Shown: piece by piece, positions 9,505 to 19,176 of the stretch
Numbering within the stretch: position 1 is the stretch's first letter
How the letters are laid out: each line of letters starts with the position of its first letter
Source: Candidatus Poseidoniales archaeon
GTDB lineage: Archaea; Thermoplasmatota; Poseidoniia; Poseidoniales; Poseidoniaceae
Reading direction: 5' to 3'
Length of the DNA stretch: 40,663 nt
Assembly (NCBI GenBank): GCA_009887255.1
Contig: QXXW01000015.1
Coordinates: forward strand, 1-40,663
Program-made: the position numbers and the translations under genes
The notes under the pieces: model-generated
What the model was told of the DNA's origin: nothing
The model's input: only the letters and a program-made list of their open reading frames with translations
Database searches by the model: none

Positions 9505-10545
9505 TCACAAAGGCTGGGCCTGATGGTCCCTGGCAAAGTTGAGTTGAAAATACCCCGGCTTCTCCTGTTGGGAGGGGTGCTGAACCGTTGATGCGTTTGC
9601 TAAGGTCGGAATCCATCGACCCTCCCTACGGGCCAACGCATGGTGAGCAAGGACCCGGCTGGCCAAGCAGGCTGCTGTGAATTCGGTCAGTGGGTTCCCT
9701 TCCTGAACGGCGATTTCATTCACATCTGCCCCGATCACCACCACCTTCGGGTTGGCAAAAAGCACCTCTATGGTCTCAACCGCTTGCCAGAAAGTCAGGC
9801 CGCCTGGAACCGGGGTGCCCGTTGCGGGCACAAGCGTGCCATCCAGACCGTCGATGTCCAGAGTCAGATGGACAGGGCCCTCCAAGGCCCTGAGTGCATC
9901 CAACCACGAGGACCAATGCGGTTGCCCGGTGTGCGGATGCTGGGTCTTTTTGGCAAGCCATGAGTGAATCCTTGAATCGCTTTCCATTCGTTCTGCTTCT
10001 TCTTTTGAGTAGGCACGTATGCCTGCTTGCAGCAACCGACCTGCACCCACGTCAAGAGCCCTGGCGGCAGCGCAGGCATGGGAGAAGGGTTCCTCGTTGA
10101 GGTGCGAACGGAGATCGGCATGAGCGTCCAACTGAACGAGCGTTAAGCGACTGAGATCACCATCCACTGTTGGATGATGGCGTGCAGCACGAACAATGGG
10201 AGGGAGTATACCGTGTTCACCGCCCAGAAACAGCGGAAACAGGTCCCCTTGGAAGAAGCGCTCTGCATGTGCCGTCATTTCGTCCAATTGCCCCAAAAGC
10301 GTGGCAGCCTCACCTTCCCAAACAGGCACGGTGTGAAGGCTGAGACCCGCTGGCAGGTCTTCCCCAAGTTCTGCATCGAAAAGTTCCACCTGCGCGCTCG
10401 CTTCAATACAGGCGAGCGGACCGTCGGCTGTGCCCATCCCGTAGGAGGTGGTCAGTTCGTAAGCCAAGGGAACAACAACGATATCGGCGTGGCTTGAGAT
10501 GGGGGCGACACCTAAAAAAGCGCCTTCTTCAAAGCCTTCTTCCAC
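9505..10545 (-). CDS. speB: agmatinase (ureohydrolase family)
   Basis: LGGEHG, LDAHADLR, LDIDGLD, ATGTPVPGGL; GTG start. Confidence 0.88.
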   Translation of the reverse strand: MEEGFEEGAFLGVAPISSHADIVVVPLAYELTTSYGMGTADGPLACIEASAQVELFDAELGEDLPAGLSLHTVPVWEGEAATLLGQLDEMTAHAERFFQGDLFPLFLGGEHGILPPIVRAARHHPTVDGDLSRLTLVQLDAHADLRSHLNEEPFSHACAAARALDVGAGRLLQAGIRAYSKEEAERMESDSRIHSWLAKKTQHPHTGQPHWSSWLDALRALEGPVHLTLDIDGLDGTLVPATGTPVPGGLTFWQAVETIEVLFANPKVVVIGADVNEIAVQEGNPLTEFTAACLASRVLAHHALARREGRWIPTLANASTVQHPSQQEKPGYFQLNFARDHQAQPL

Positions 10546-10719
10546 AACGCACGGGCAAAGCGTACCTTCTTCATCCTACCGATGTATGTCGTATCTGCAA
10601 CATGGTGAAACGACATCATCCATCATGAAGCACAGAACACTTAATATGGGTCGGTGACCAATATAATACAGTAACAGCAACGGAAAACTCGCCGGGCTGT
10701 TCATTTCGGGGGCAACAAC

Positions 10720-11139
10720 ATGGGCATGACATTGGGCGAATTGACTCGCGCCATACAACAACACATCGACTTGGACATGGACGCTGAAGTGGCGCAAGGC
10801 ATGGCCGAACACGCCCTCGGGTTTTTCGGTTTTTACAACCGCATCATCGACAACGCCTTGGAACCCACCGACCGTAACCTGTTTTACATGTTCCAAGATT
10901 ACGATCTCCTCACGACTGAAAGCGAAGAAACGACCTTGTGGGACGGCCGAGAATGGCGTATTCATTACTGGAAGTTCAAGCCGGACCTCAGAGAGCGCGT
11001 GCAGTCCTACATGCAACGCAACATTCGCGAAGAAGACATCGACCCGTTCTCCGACATTTACAGCACCGACGGCCCGAGCATTTGGACCAGAGAAGGCGAG
11101 AAGGTCACCAACCCCAACGCCTTCACCTCCGATTGGTAA
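10720..11139 (+). CDS. conserved Thermoplasmata protein (DUF6015-like)
   Basis: FFGFYNRIIDNALEPTDRNLFYM...LLTTESEETTLWDGREWRIHYW, recalled as this family; AT-rich TATA-like sites upstream (10641-10668). Confidence 0.7.
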   Translation: MGMTLGELTRAIQQHIDLDMDAEVAQGMAEHALGFFGFYNRIIDNALEPTDRNLFYMFQDYDLLTTESEETTLWDGREWRIHYWKFKPDLRERVQSYMQRNIREEDIDPFSDIYSTDGPSIWTREGEKVTNPNAFTSDW

Positions 11140-11188
11140 GCCACATCAACAGGCAAGCGTTTTTCATTTGCCAAGGAGAGGGGCCACC

Positions 11189-12586
11189 ATGCGAACCGCA
11201 GTGTGCTTGGTCATGTGCATGGTCCTGGCAACCGTTCCGGCTGCATCCGCTCAGTTTGACCCCCAAAAAACACATGCTTGGCCAGGCGACCCCGTGGACA
11301 GCCATCTGCACCTCACATGGGCATCCTTGACACTTGACGTCAACGATTGGGCCGATGAACACCCCGGTATCGTTGACGTTACAAGCGCAGGGAATTCAGA
11401 ACTCGGAAAATCCCTGTGGGTCGTGCGCTTGTCCGACTGGTCCATGGAGACGAAACCCAACGGGACTGCAAAGGAAATGATCTACATAGACGGTGGGCAC
11501 CATGGAAACGAATACCTCGGCACGGCCTTGGCGTATTTGACCGCCAAGTGGTACATCAACGCATGGAGCGAAGGGAACCAAGAAGCCATCGACGTCCTTC
11601 AAAACACTGAACTTCATATCTTGATCATGCTCAATCCCGATGGAAACGACATCGATACCCGCTGGAACATCAATCAAGTCGATCTGAATCGGAATTACGA
11701 CCACTACTGGAACACCTGCCCTACCACCCAACCGGGAAGTGCTGCGTTCAGTGAATCCGAGACCGCCTCAAATTCTGCTTACATGAACGCCAACATGCAG
11801 GATGCCGACCTCTACGTGACCATGCACACCGGTGTGTGGATCATGCTCTACCCGTGGGGAAAATGGGCCGAACAGCCGCCGGATTGGGAATTGTTCTACA
11901 GAATTCGGGATGATGTCCAAAACAACGTTTCGGAAATCCCCATCCAAAACGCCAACCAAGGCCTCTACCCGAACTGTGGAACGAGCCGAGATTACGGCTA
12001 CGGCGTTATGGGTTTCCCGACCTTCACCTTTGAGACCGATGACGAGCAATTTGTACCCGGTTCATTTGAAAACCTCAATGAACGCCTTGGGGAAGAAATG
12101 GATGTCATGAGGTTCCTCATCAACAACGTGTGGTACTGGAGAGCCCGGTTGAACGTTCTGGCCATTGACATCGTGGATGAAGAGGTTAGTCTTACGGTGG
12201 AGAACCTTGGAAGGGCCAGCACGGCCAATGCCACCTTGGAATACCACGGTTCGGACGGTGAGGTGCTGTGGATGTCTTCGCCCTTCAATGCAAACGCATC
12301 AAACACTTCGATTCACTCTTTTTCGATGGACACACAACTGCTTGAAAACCAAGGTGAATGGAACCTGAACTATCAGAAGCGGGTGGTCAATTCCGCACAG
12401 TGGGTCAACGAGAGCGTGCCGGCTGGCAACATCACCGTTTCAACAAGCGAGGACGAAGGTTTCCTGCTCGGCTTCGGTGTGTTTCACCCCGGGACCGTGA
12501 TGATGATTCTTGCCATGCTTGGCATGAGAAGAACTCGCAACGAGCCTGTTGAATCTCGTCAACGGCAACCTTGTTCGGAGAACTGA
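11189..12586 (+). CDS. secreted, membrane-anchored M14 zinc carboxypeptidase
   Basis: Signal peptide; YIDGGHHGNE (HxxE), NPDG, DLNRNY, MHTG, TFTFE; C-terminal hydrophobic helix. Confidence 0.88.
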   Translation: MRTAVCLVMCMVLATVPAASAQFDPQKTHAWPGDPVDSHLHLTWASLTLDVNDWADEHPGIVDVTSAGNSELGKSLWVVRLSDWSMETKPNGTAKEMIYIDGGHHGNEYLGTALAYLTAKWYINAWSEGNQEAIDVLQNTELHILIMLNPDGNDIDTRWNINQVDLNRNYDHYWNTCPTTQPGSAAFSESETASNSAYMNANMQDADLYVTMHTGVWIMLYPWGKWAEQPPDWELFYRIRDDVQNNVSEIPIQNANQGLYPNCGTSRDYGYGVMGFPTFTFETDDEQFVPGSFENLNERLGEEMDVMRFLINNVWYWRARLNVLAIDIVDEEVSLTVENLGRASTANATLEYHGSDGEVLWMSSPFNANASNTSIHSFSMDTQLLENQGEWNLNYQKRVVNSAQWVNESVPAGNITVSTSEDEGFLLGFGVFHPGTVMMILAMLGMRRTRNEPVESRQRQPCSEN

Positions 12587-12734
12587 TGGCCAGGCAGCCT
12601 TGAACGTCTGGGCGCAGAGAATTCTGAACAGGCCATTTGTTTTCAACCCGAAGCGATGAGAAACGGACCTGCTTGAGAAAAATTTCGGGACGAGGTTTGA
12701 AGAACAGCGTGGTGTTGGCAAAACCGGCGATACC

Positions 12735-14228
12735 ATGCAAGTGACAGTCAGCTCAGGAAACAACATTTACGGAACCCTTGTTTTACCACTTTTCGAAGGC
12801 ACCGAAACCCTTGGACCTTCCAGCGAAGGCGTTCCCGCCACACTGAAGACCCAAATCAACCGTGTTCTCTCGGATGGCGATTTCAAAGGAAAAGCCAACA
12901 GCACCGTGACCCTTTTGGGAACCGACGGAGGCAAGGCTGTTCTTGTCGGCTTGGGCAAAGAGGACGATGCCACCGTGCACGTGTACCGAACCGCTGGAGC
13001 CAGTCTCGTGGCTGCCCGCAAGAAGGTCCATGGCAGTGAGTTCACCGTAAACTTCTCGACCAAAGACACGTTAGCAATCGCCGCCTTCGCAGAGGGCATG
13101 ATGCTTCGAGATTACGCTTACAACGAATACAAGAGCAAGGACGAGGACGACGAGGACACCGATTTGGCGGCTCGCATCAACTGCAACGAGGGGGATGAGG
13201 AATCCCTGGGGGCCATGATTGACCGAATGGCTGGTATTGCAGGTGGCGTCCACCTCTCTCGCGACCTTGGCAATTGCCCACCCAATGACATGTACCCCAT
13301 GGCGTTTGCAGAAAAAGCCGAAGCATGGGCCAAGCAATACGACAATGCCACCGTGGAAGTCATCGAATACGAAGCCGCAAAGCGACTCGGCATGGGAGGC
13401 TTGGTGGCCGTCGGCATGGGTTCAGCACGCAAGCCATGCATGGTCATCTTCACGCTCAACGGCGACCAGACTGGATCGCACCCTGTTCTGGTTGGCAAGG
13501 GAATCACCTTCGACACCGGCGGCATCTCGATCAAACCAAGCCCCAGCATGGATGAAATGAAGTACGACATGGGCGGTTCTGCCACCGTGTTTGGCACCAT
13601 GGAAGCGTTGGCCTCCATCGCCTACGACAAAAAAGTCGTGGCCATCACGTGCATGGCAGAAAACATGCCCTCCTCGAACGCTCAACGACCTGGAGATGTG
13701 ATCACCACCCTCTCGGGGAAGACCGTCGAGGTGCTCAACACCGATGCTGAAGGACGCTTGGTGCTGTCCGATGGTTTGTGGAAGGCCGGGACGGACTTTG
13801 ACGCAGAGTACATCATTGACTTCGCAACCCTCACAGGCGCTTGTGTCGTGGCTTTGGGTCATGAAGCAACGGGCTTGTGGTCCAACGACGACGACTTCCG
13901 TACACGAATCCACGAGGCCGGTAACGATGTTGGCGAGCTCGCTTGGCCCATGCCACTCCTGCCGGCGTTTGAAAAGGAAATGACCGATTCAAAGATTGCC
14001 GACACTCGAAATCTTGGAGCCGGTCGCTGGGGCGGAGCCAACACAGCCGCCGCTTTCCTCAAGCAGTTCGTGCCAGAAACGGGCGAAGGGGACGATGCAA
14101 AACAAGTCACCTGGGCACACATGGACATTGCCGGAACCTACTGGGGCGCCAAAACCAACAAAATGGTCGGTCATGGAGCCACAGGAACACACGTTCGTAC
14201 CATGGTCAAGTTGATCACCGGCGAGTGA
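12735..14228 (+). CDS. pepA: leucyl aminopeptidase (M17)
   Basis: VGKGITFDTGG, MKYDMGG, NTDAEGRL, WAHMDIAG. Confidence 0.95.
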   Translation: MQVTVSSGNNIYGTLVLPLFEGTETLGPSSEGVPATLKTQINRVLSDGDFKGKANSTVTLLGTDGGKAVLVGLGKEDDATVHVYRTAGASLVAARKKVHGSEFTVNFSTKDTLAIAAFAEGMMLRDYAYNEYKSKDEDDEDTDLAARINCNEGDEESLGAMIDRMAGIAGGVHLSRDLGNCPPNDMYPMAFAEKAEAWAKQYDNATVEVIEYEAAKRLGMGGLVAVGMGSARKPCMVIFTLNGDQTGSHPVLVGKGITFDTGGISIKPSPSMDEMKYDMGGSATVFGTMEALASIAYDKKVVAITCMAENMPSSNAQRPGDVITTLSGKTVEVLNTDAEGRLVLSDGLWKAGTDFDAEYIIDFATLTGACVVALGHEATGLWSNDDDFRTRIHEAGNDVGELAWPMPLLPAFEKEMTDSKIADTRNLGAGRWGGANTAAAFLKQFVPETGEGDDAKQVTWAHMDIAGTYWGAKTNKMVGHGATGTHVRTMVKLITGE

Positions 14229-14403
14229 CCGGTTCACAATCTCGCCACCGGGCACCGTCGGGAACCAAAACCCTTCACCATTTGAAGGCGATACGGGCAA
14301 CCCAACAACGCAACACGGTTGTTGACATGGGACCAAACCTCGAACGGGTATTGAAACTGGAGGGTCCGAGAAGTCGGCGCCCTTGATGGGCATACATGAC
14401 AAA

Positions 14404-16185
14404 TCAGTTGCAACAATCCGAAACGGTGGTGTCACAGCAATCTTCGGCGAGGGCGTCTTGAGCACAGAAACAGGTCTTGGCTGGGACGATGGTGGCGCGT
14501 GCGCTACGTTCTTCGAACAAAGCAGTGATTTGAGCAAGTTCTTCCGGAGCGTCTCCCCTGGCTTCCAGACAGAGTTTGAGACCCAACAGGCCCCACATGT
14601 TGTCCTTCCAAAGGTCAATGTCTGCGCGGTAAACTTCCTCTGCTTCCTCAATGTGCCCTTGCTCAAACAGAAGCGCGCCGAGGATGTGCCGGACGGGTTG
14701 CATTTGTCCCCACGGCTCGTTGTAGGCGAGGTTTAGCGAGAGGTTCACGCCACGACGGAGTTCTGCAAACGCCGCTGTGAAGTCATGAGCATCACCGTTG
14801 GCCTTCGCCAAAAATTGTCGGCGATATTCAATTTCCGCTTCAAGAATGGCGGCGTTCACGTTCAAGATTGAAGGGCCGGCTTCTGGATCTTGATACATGA
14901 AATTGTTGTGCATCATGCGTCCTGCAAGGGCTGGGTTCTGAAGAGCTGCCAAGAACAACACTTGCTCTGCTTCAGCTTCAGGGACCATCCCCTTGGAAGC
15001 ATAAGCCACGCCTCGGGCGTAGTGTTGGGTGGCGATGGTGGCCGGGAACACGTCCATGTCATCGTACATGGGTTCTGCCAAAATTTCGTCCCACTTCCCA
15101 AAGCGTACCATGACGTGCCATGGCATGGTCACGTAAGACTCAAGGAAAATTGCACCCATCGGAATGATCCCTGCCAACATGAATTGAACGCCGCTGTTGG
15201 CGTCTCCTGTGGGAAGGGTGTCGACCGCCTTGCGAGCGTACTTGAGCGCAGTCTCGTATTGACCGTCAAACATCGCACACCACACAACAAAGTGATGGTT
15301 GTGCATTCTGTAAAACTTGTAAAATTGGGATTCGTTGCCGGTTACATTCACATAGTGATCGTCTGCCTCAACTGCAGCGATGTTGCAATCAATGGCTTCT
15401 TTCCATTGCCCTACCCATGCGTCAATGTGCGACGGCATGTGAACCAGGTGCCCAAGACCGGGCATTCGTGTTCGTAGAACGTCGGCAGCAAACAATGCCT
15501 TCTCGGGGAAGGGGGAGAGTTCCAAGGCGTGGCAATACAGGTGGCAGAGAGCAGGATCGACGCGAGCCGCATCGCTGCTTTCAAAGGCATCTTCCATGAT
15601 TTGGACAAGGAGGAGGGTGTTCTCGTCAGCCGGTGTGATTTCACCGGTAGCGGTGTTCTTGTCCCACAGTTGCCATGCTTTGAGGTTCATCAAAGATTCA
15701 ACATACAGGGCGGTCACGGCGAGGTTTCCACTGTATTTTTCGTAAAGTGGAGCCATGGCGTTGGCGAATGCAACGTTGAGTTCCGGGCTGTTGCCCATGT
15801 TGAGGACGCTGGGGTCGGCTGCGTCTCGCGCCTCAGCGGTATGCCGTGTTGACAAGGCTCGAATCAAATCCTGTTCCAACTCAGAGCAATGGTCCATGAC
15901 CTTGAGGGCTTGTTGAATCGCATCGTAGCCCGAACCCAATCCTGGGGCCCAGTTGTAATTGGACGAGACACAGTAAGCAATGCCCCACCATGCCATGGCG
16001 CAGTTGGGGTCCAATTCGGTGCATGCTGAGAAGCAGGCGATGGCTTGTTCGTGGTTGTAATTCAGGTAGTGCCCGTAGGCTTCCACGAACATCTTACGGG
16101 TCTCTTCGTTTGCACAGGTGACGGTTGTGGCGAAGATGTAGTTGGTCTCTTTCCCGTAATCGTAATCCACTGGTGCGAGCGACAT
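14404..16185 (-). CDS. TPR-containing all-helical protein of the HMPSH-motif family, Cys-rich tail
   Basis: TPR-like DPNCAMAWWGIAY; HLYCHALE, HLVHMPSHI, YRMHNHHF, YNEPWG; start ATG 16185 after GAGGGAG. Confidence 0.8.
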   Translation of the reverse strand: MSLAPVDYDYGKETNYIFATTVTCANEETRKMFVEAYGHYLNYNHEQAIACFSACTELDPNCAMAWWGIAYCVSSNYNWAPGLGSGYDAIQQALKVMDHCSELEQDLIRALSTRHTAEARDAADPSVLNMGNSPELNVAFANAMAPLYEKYSGNLAVTALYVESLMNLKAWQLWDKNTATGEITPADENTLLLVQIMEDAFESSDAARVDPALCHLYCHALELSPFPEKALFAADVLRTRMPGLGHLVHMPSHIDAWVGQWKEAIDCNIAAVEADDHYVNVTGNESQFYKFYRMHNHHFVVWCAMFDGQYETALKYARKAVDTLPTGDANSGVQFMLAGIIPMGAIFLESYVTMPWHVMVRFGKWDEILAEPMYDDMDVFPATIATQHYARGVAYASKGMVPEAEAEQVLFLAALQNPALAGRMMHNNFMYQDPEAGPSILNVNAAILEAEIEYRRQFLAKANGDAHDFTAAFAELRRGVNLSLNLAYNEPWGQMQPVRHILGALLFEQGHIEEAEEVYRADIDLWKDNMWGLLGLKLCLEARGDAPEELAQITALFEERSARATIVPAKTCFCAQDALAEDCCDTTVSDCCN

Positions 16186-16462
16186 GCATCTCCCTCTTTG
16201 GTCTCCGATATAATTGCTGGGCAAACAATTGATATAGAAACTTCAACATTCCACCAAAAACGCTCAAATGTTGACGGTATGTTGACTTGGGTTGAGTGGA
16301 ACAATTGAAAACTTTTCATTTGATATTGGGGTTCAACGGGTTGTACCCTCGTTGAGAAAAACCACGCATACCACCGTGGGATGCCTTGAACTCACCATGA
16401 CCGGTTGACGATGGTCGATCGTTCGGGGCCATGAGGTTGTTGACGGCGGCCCCTTCAATGGG

Positions 16463-16469
16463 TTTATAT
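16463..16469 (+). promoter_or_regulatory. putative TATA box of the hsp20-dnaK-thermosome cluster
   Basis: TTTATAT about 55 nt upstream of ATG 16522. Confidence 0.5.
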
Positions 16470-16521
16470 CGGGTGGCAAAGTGCCAACTACACAACCGAT
16501 GGTTTAGTAGTGGTGTGCCCA

Positions 16522-17208
16522 ATGGACGATGACAACTGGGAAGAGAAGCTCTTGGACAAGTTGGAACAGGCCATGAAGAGCATGGGCATGCCAATGAACA
16601 GAGAGCAACTTCGACCGTTCATTCGCATGATCAAAGACCAACTTGACAATTCAGGGATCGATTTGGAAAAGATTGCCGGCATGCCAAACCTCAATCTCGA
16701 TCTGGAAAGTTTGTTCAAAAGCCTCAGTTCCGGAGAATCCATTGAAGACCTTCTAAAGAATCTCGGAGTGGCCGTTCAAGTGGACATGGCTCCGGTCGAT
16801 TTGGACCCCTCCGCCTTGGAAACCAACGACGATGAGACCATTTCATTGCCCTCAGACGACGTTTACCTCGACGGATGGAACATGGCCATCACACTCGACT
16901 TCACATTGAAAGGCGATATATCACAGGATCAACTCGAAATCGAGTTGATTAAACAAGGATCCCAAATGGAAATCCTTCGCAGCACACAGCCCAAACCCAT
17001 CGCCCTGGTTGACCTCCCACACCCTTGCGATGATGTGGTGGATTGGACCTTCAACAACGGCATCCTCGACGTGACCCTCAAACTGACACCCCAAGGCAAG
17101 GCGCTTGATGCCGAAGACGACACGGTGCCTGCCAAAGAAGAGGTGAACATCGACATTGGGGACGCCGGTGACGATGACGAAGACGACGGTGGCATTCCCA
17201 TTTTTTGA
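16522..17208 (+). CDS. divergent small heat-shock (Hsp20/alpha-crystallin-like) protein
   Basis: VDLPHPCDDVVDWTFNNGILDVTLKL matches the ACD end; C-terminal IXI-like VNIDI; 21 nt upstream of dnaK. Confidence 0.68.
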   Translation: MDDDNWEEKLLDKLEQAMKSMGMPMNREQLRPFIRMIKDQLDNSGIDLEKIAGMPNLNLDLESLFKSLSSGESIEDLLKNLGVAVQVDMAPVDLDPSALETNDDETISLPSDDVYLDGWNMAITLDFTLKGDISQDQLEIELIKQGSQMEILRSTQPKPIALVDLPHPCDDVVDWTFNNGILDVTLKLTPQGKALDAEDDTVPAKEEVNIDIGDAGDDDEDDGGIPIF

Positions 17209-17229
17209 AAAAACAAAGGAAGTGAAACA

Positions 17230-19113
17230 ATGAGCAAAGTGATTGGAATTGACCTAGGAACAACAAACAGCTGTGTAGCAACGATCGAAAACGGAGAGCC
17301 TGTGGTGATTCCGAACGCCGAAGGTGCCCGTACCACGCCATCGGTTGTGGCCTTTGCCAAAGGAGACAGCGAGCGACTCATCGGTGTTACAGCAAAGCGT
17401 CAGGCCGTGACCAACGCCGAGCGAACCATGATTTCCGTAAAGCGGCACATGGGCACCAAGTGGACCACCAATGTTGACGACACCGAGTACACCCCCCAAG
17501 AAATCTCAGCGTTCATCCTTCAGAAGCTGAAGGCCGACGCAGAAGCCTACCTCGGCCATGATGTAAAGCAAGCTGTCATCACCTGCCCTGCATATTTCAC
17601 CGACGCCCAACGCAAAGCCACCAAAGATGCGGGAAGAATCGCAGGACTCGAAGTCCTTCGCATCATCAACGAACCCACCGCCGCAGCGTTGGCTTACGGG
17701 GTTGACAAAACTCAAGATCAAACCATCCTCGTTTACGACCTTGGAGGCGGTACGTTTGACGTATCCGTCCTGGAGATTTACGAAGTCGATGGCCAACCTC
17801 AAATTGAGGTCAAAGCCACGGCAGGAAACAACAAGCTCGGAGGCGACGATTTTGATGAGAAAACCATTGATTGGTTGGTCACTGAGTTCAAGAAAGACAC
17901 CGGCATGGACCTGTCGAAAGATCCCCAAGCCATGTCTCGGTTGAAAGAAGCAGCAGAGAAGGCAAAGATCGAACTCTCTGGAACGCAATCCACGCAAATC
18001 AACCTCCCGTTCATTTCCATGGCTGAGGGTCAACCCGTCCACCTTGACCTCACCCTTAGCCGAGCGAAGTTCGAGGACCTCATCGCCAAACTTGTTGAGA
18101 AGACGATGGTCCCCACCCGCCAGGCCATGAAAGATGCAGGATTGAAGCGTGGCGACGTTGACAAGGTCATTCTTGTGGGAGGTTCAACCCGAGTCCCAGT
18201 GGTCCAAGAAGCGGTCGAGAAGGAAGCCGGCAAGCCACCCTTCAAAGGGATTAACCCCGATGAAGCCGTTGCCATGGGCGCAGCCCTGCAAGCTGGCATC
18301 ATCGCCGGAGATGAGGGCGTCTCCGACATTTTACTGCTCGACGTAACACCACTCACCCTGGGTATCGAAACCCTCGGTGGCGTGATGACAACGATGATCG
18401 AGCGAAACACAACCATCCCCGCCCGTCGTTCAGAAGTTTACTCGACGGCGACCGACAATCAACCCGCCGTGGAGATTCACGTCCTGCAAGGAGAGCGGGA
18501 ATTCGCCAAAGACAACGTCACTCTTGGCCAATTCCAACTGATGGGGATTCCGCCCGCACCTCGTGGCGTCCCACAAATCGAGGTCACCTTTGACATCGAT
18601 GCCAACGGAATTGTTGACGTCAGTGCCAAGGACATGGGAACGGGCAAGGAACAATCCATCAAGATTGAATCCGCCACATCCCTGACCGAAGATGAGATTC
18701 AGTCAAAAATCGAGGAAGCCGAGAAATTTGCCGAAGAAGACCAGCGTCGCAAGGCCAAGGTCGACCTCCGAAACATGGCCGATCAAATCCTCTACCAAAC
18801 CCGTCGGACCCTTGAGGAGTCCGCTGAAAAACTGGACGAATCCGACACTGAACCGGTCAAGGCCCACCTTGACGAATTGGAAAAGATGGTTCAAGATGAC
18901 GACGGGAAGCCTGTCGACATTGACGCCATGGACGACGCTGCCATTCAAGCCAAGGTCAAAGAAATTGAAGAGGCCATGCATGCGGTTTCGAGCAAACTCT
19001 ACGAAGCTGCTGCTGCAGAGATGGCAGAGCAGGAAAGCGGTGAAGATGGGGCCATCGATGTTGACGATGGCGTTGTTGACGCCGACTTCGAAGTCGTTGA
19101 AGACGAAGACTGA
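17230..19113 (+). CDS. dnaK: chaperone DnaK (Hsp70)
   Basis: [54 protein letters not shown]. Confidence 0.98.
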   Translation: MSKVIGIDLGTTNSCVATIENGEPVVIPNAEGARTTPSVVAFAKGDSERLIGVTAKRQAVTNAERTMISVKRHMGTKWTTNVDDTEYTPQEISAFILQKLKADAEAYLGHDVKQAVITCPAYFTDAQRKATKDAGRIAGLEVLRIINEPTAAALAYGVDKTQDQTILVYDLGGGTFDVSVLEIYEVDGQPQIEVKATAGNNKLGGDDFDEKTIDWLVTEFKKDTGMDLSKDPQAMSRLKEAAEKAKIELSGTQSTQINLPFISMAEGQPVHLDLTLSRAKFEDLIAKLVEKTMVPTRQAMKDAGLKRGDVDKVILVGGSTRVPVVQEAVEKEAGKPPFKGINPDEAVAMGAALQAGIIAGDEGVSDILLLDVTPLTLGIETLGGVMTTMIERNTTIPARRSEVYSTATDNQPAVEIHVLQGEREFAKDNVTLGQFQLMGIPPAPRGVPQIEVTFDIDANGIVDVSAKDMGTGKEQSIKIESATSLTEDEIQSKIEEAEKFAEEDQRRKAKVDLRNMADQILYQTRRTLEESAEKLDESDTEPVKAHLDELEKMVQDDDGKPVDIDAMDDAAIQAKVKEIEEAMHAVSSKLYEAAAAEMAEQESGEDGAIDVDDGVVDADFEVVEDED

Positions 19114-19176
19114 ACGGTCTGATGACGCAATCCCTCAAGGCGTCGGCCTTATGGGGAAGATGAAGGTGGCCAAACC

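Noticed and set aside
13989-14736. ORFs 13989-14666(-) and 14383-14736(+), and the many similar antisense or alternate-frame ORFs
   Set aside because: They shadow well-supported genes, have no motifs, and are expected at this GC content
19124-19144. GACGC/GCGTC hairpin after dnaK as terminator or CIRCE
   Set aside because: Only 5 bp, no U-tract, and no match to CIRCE
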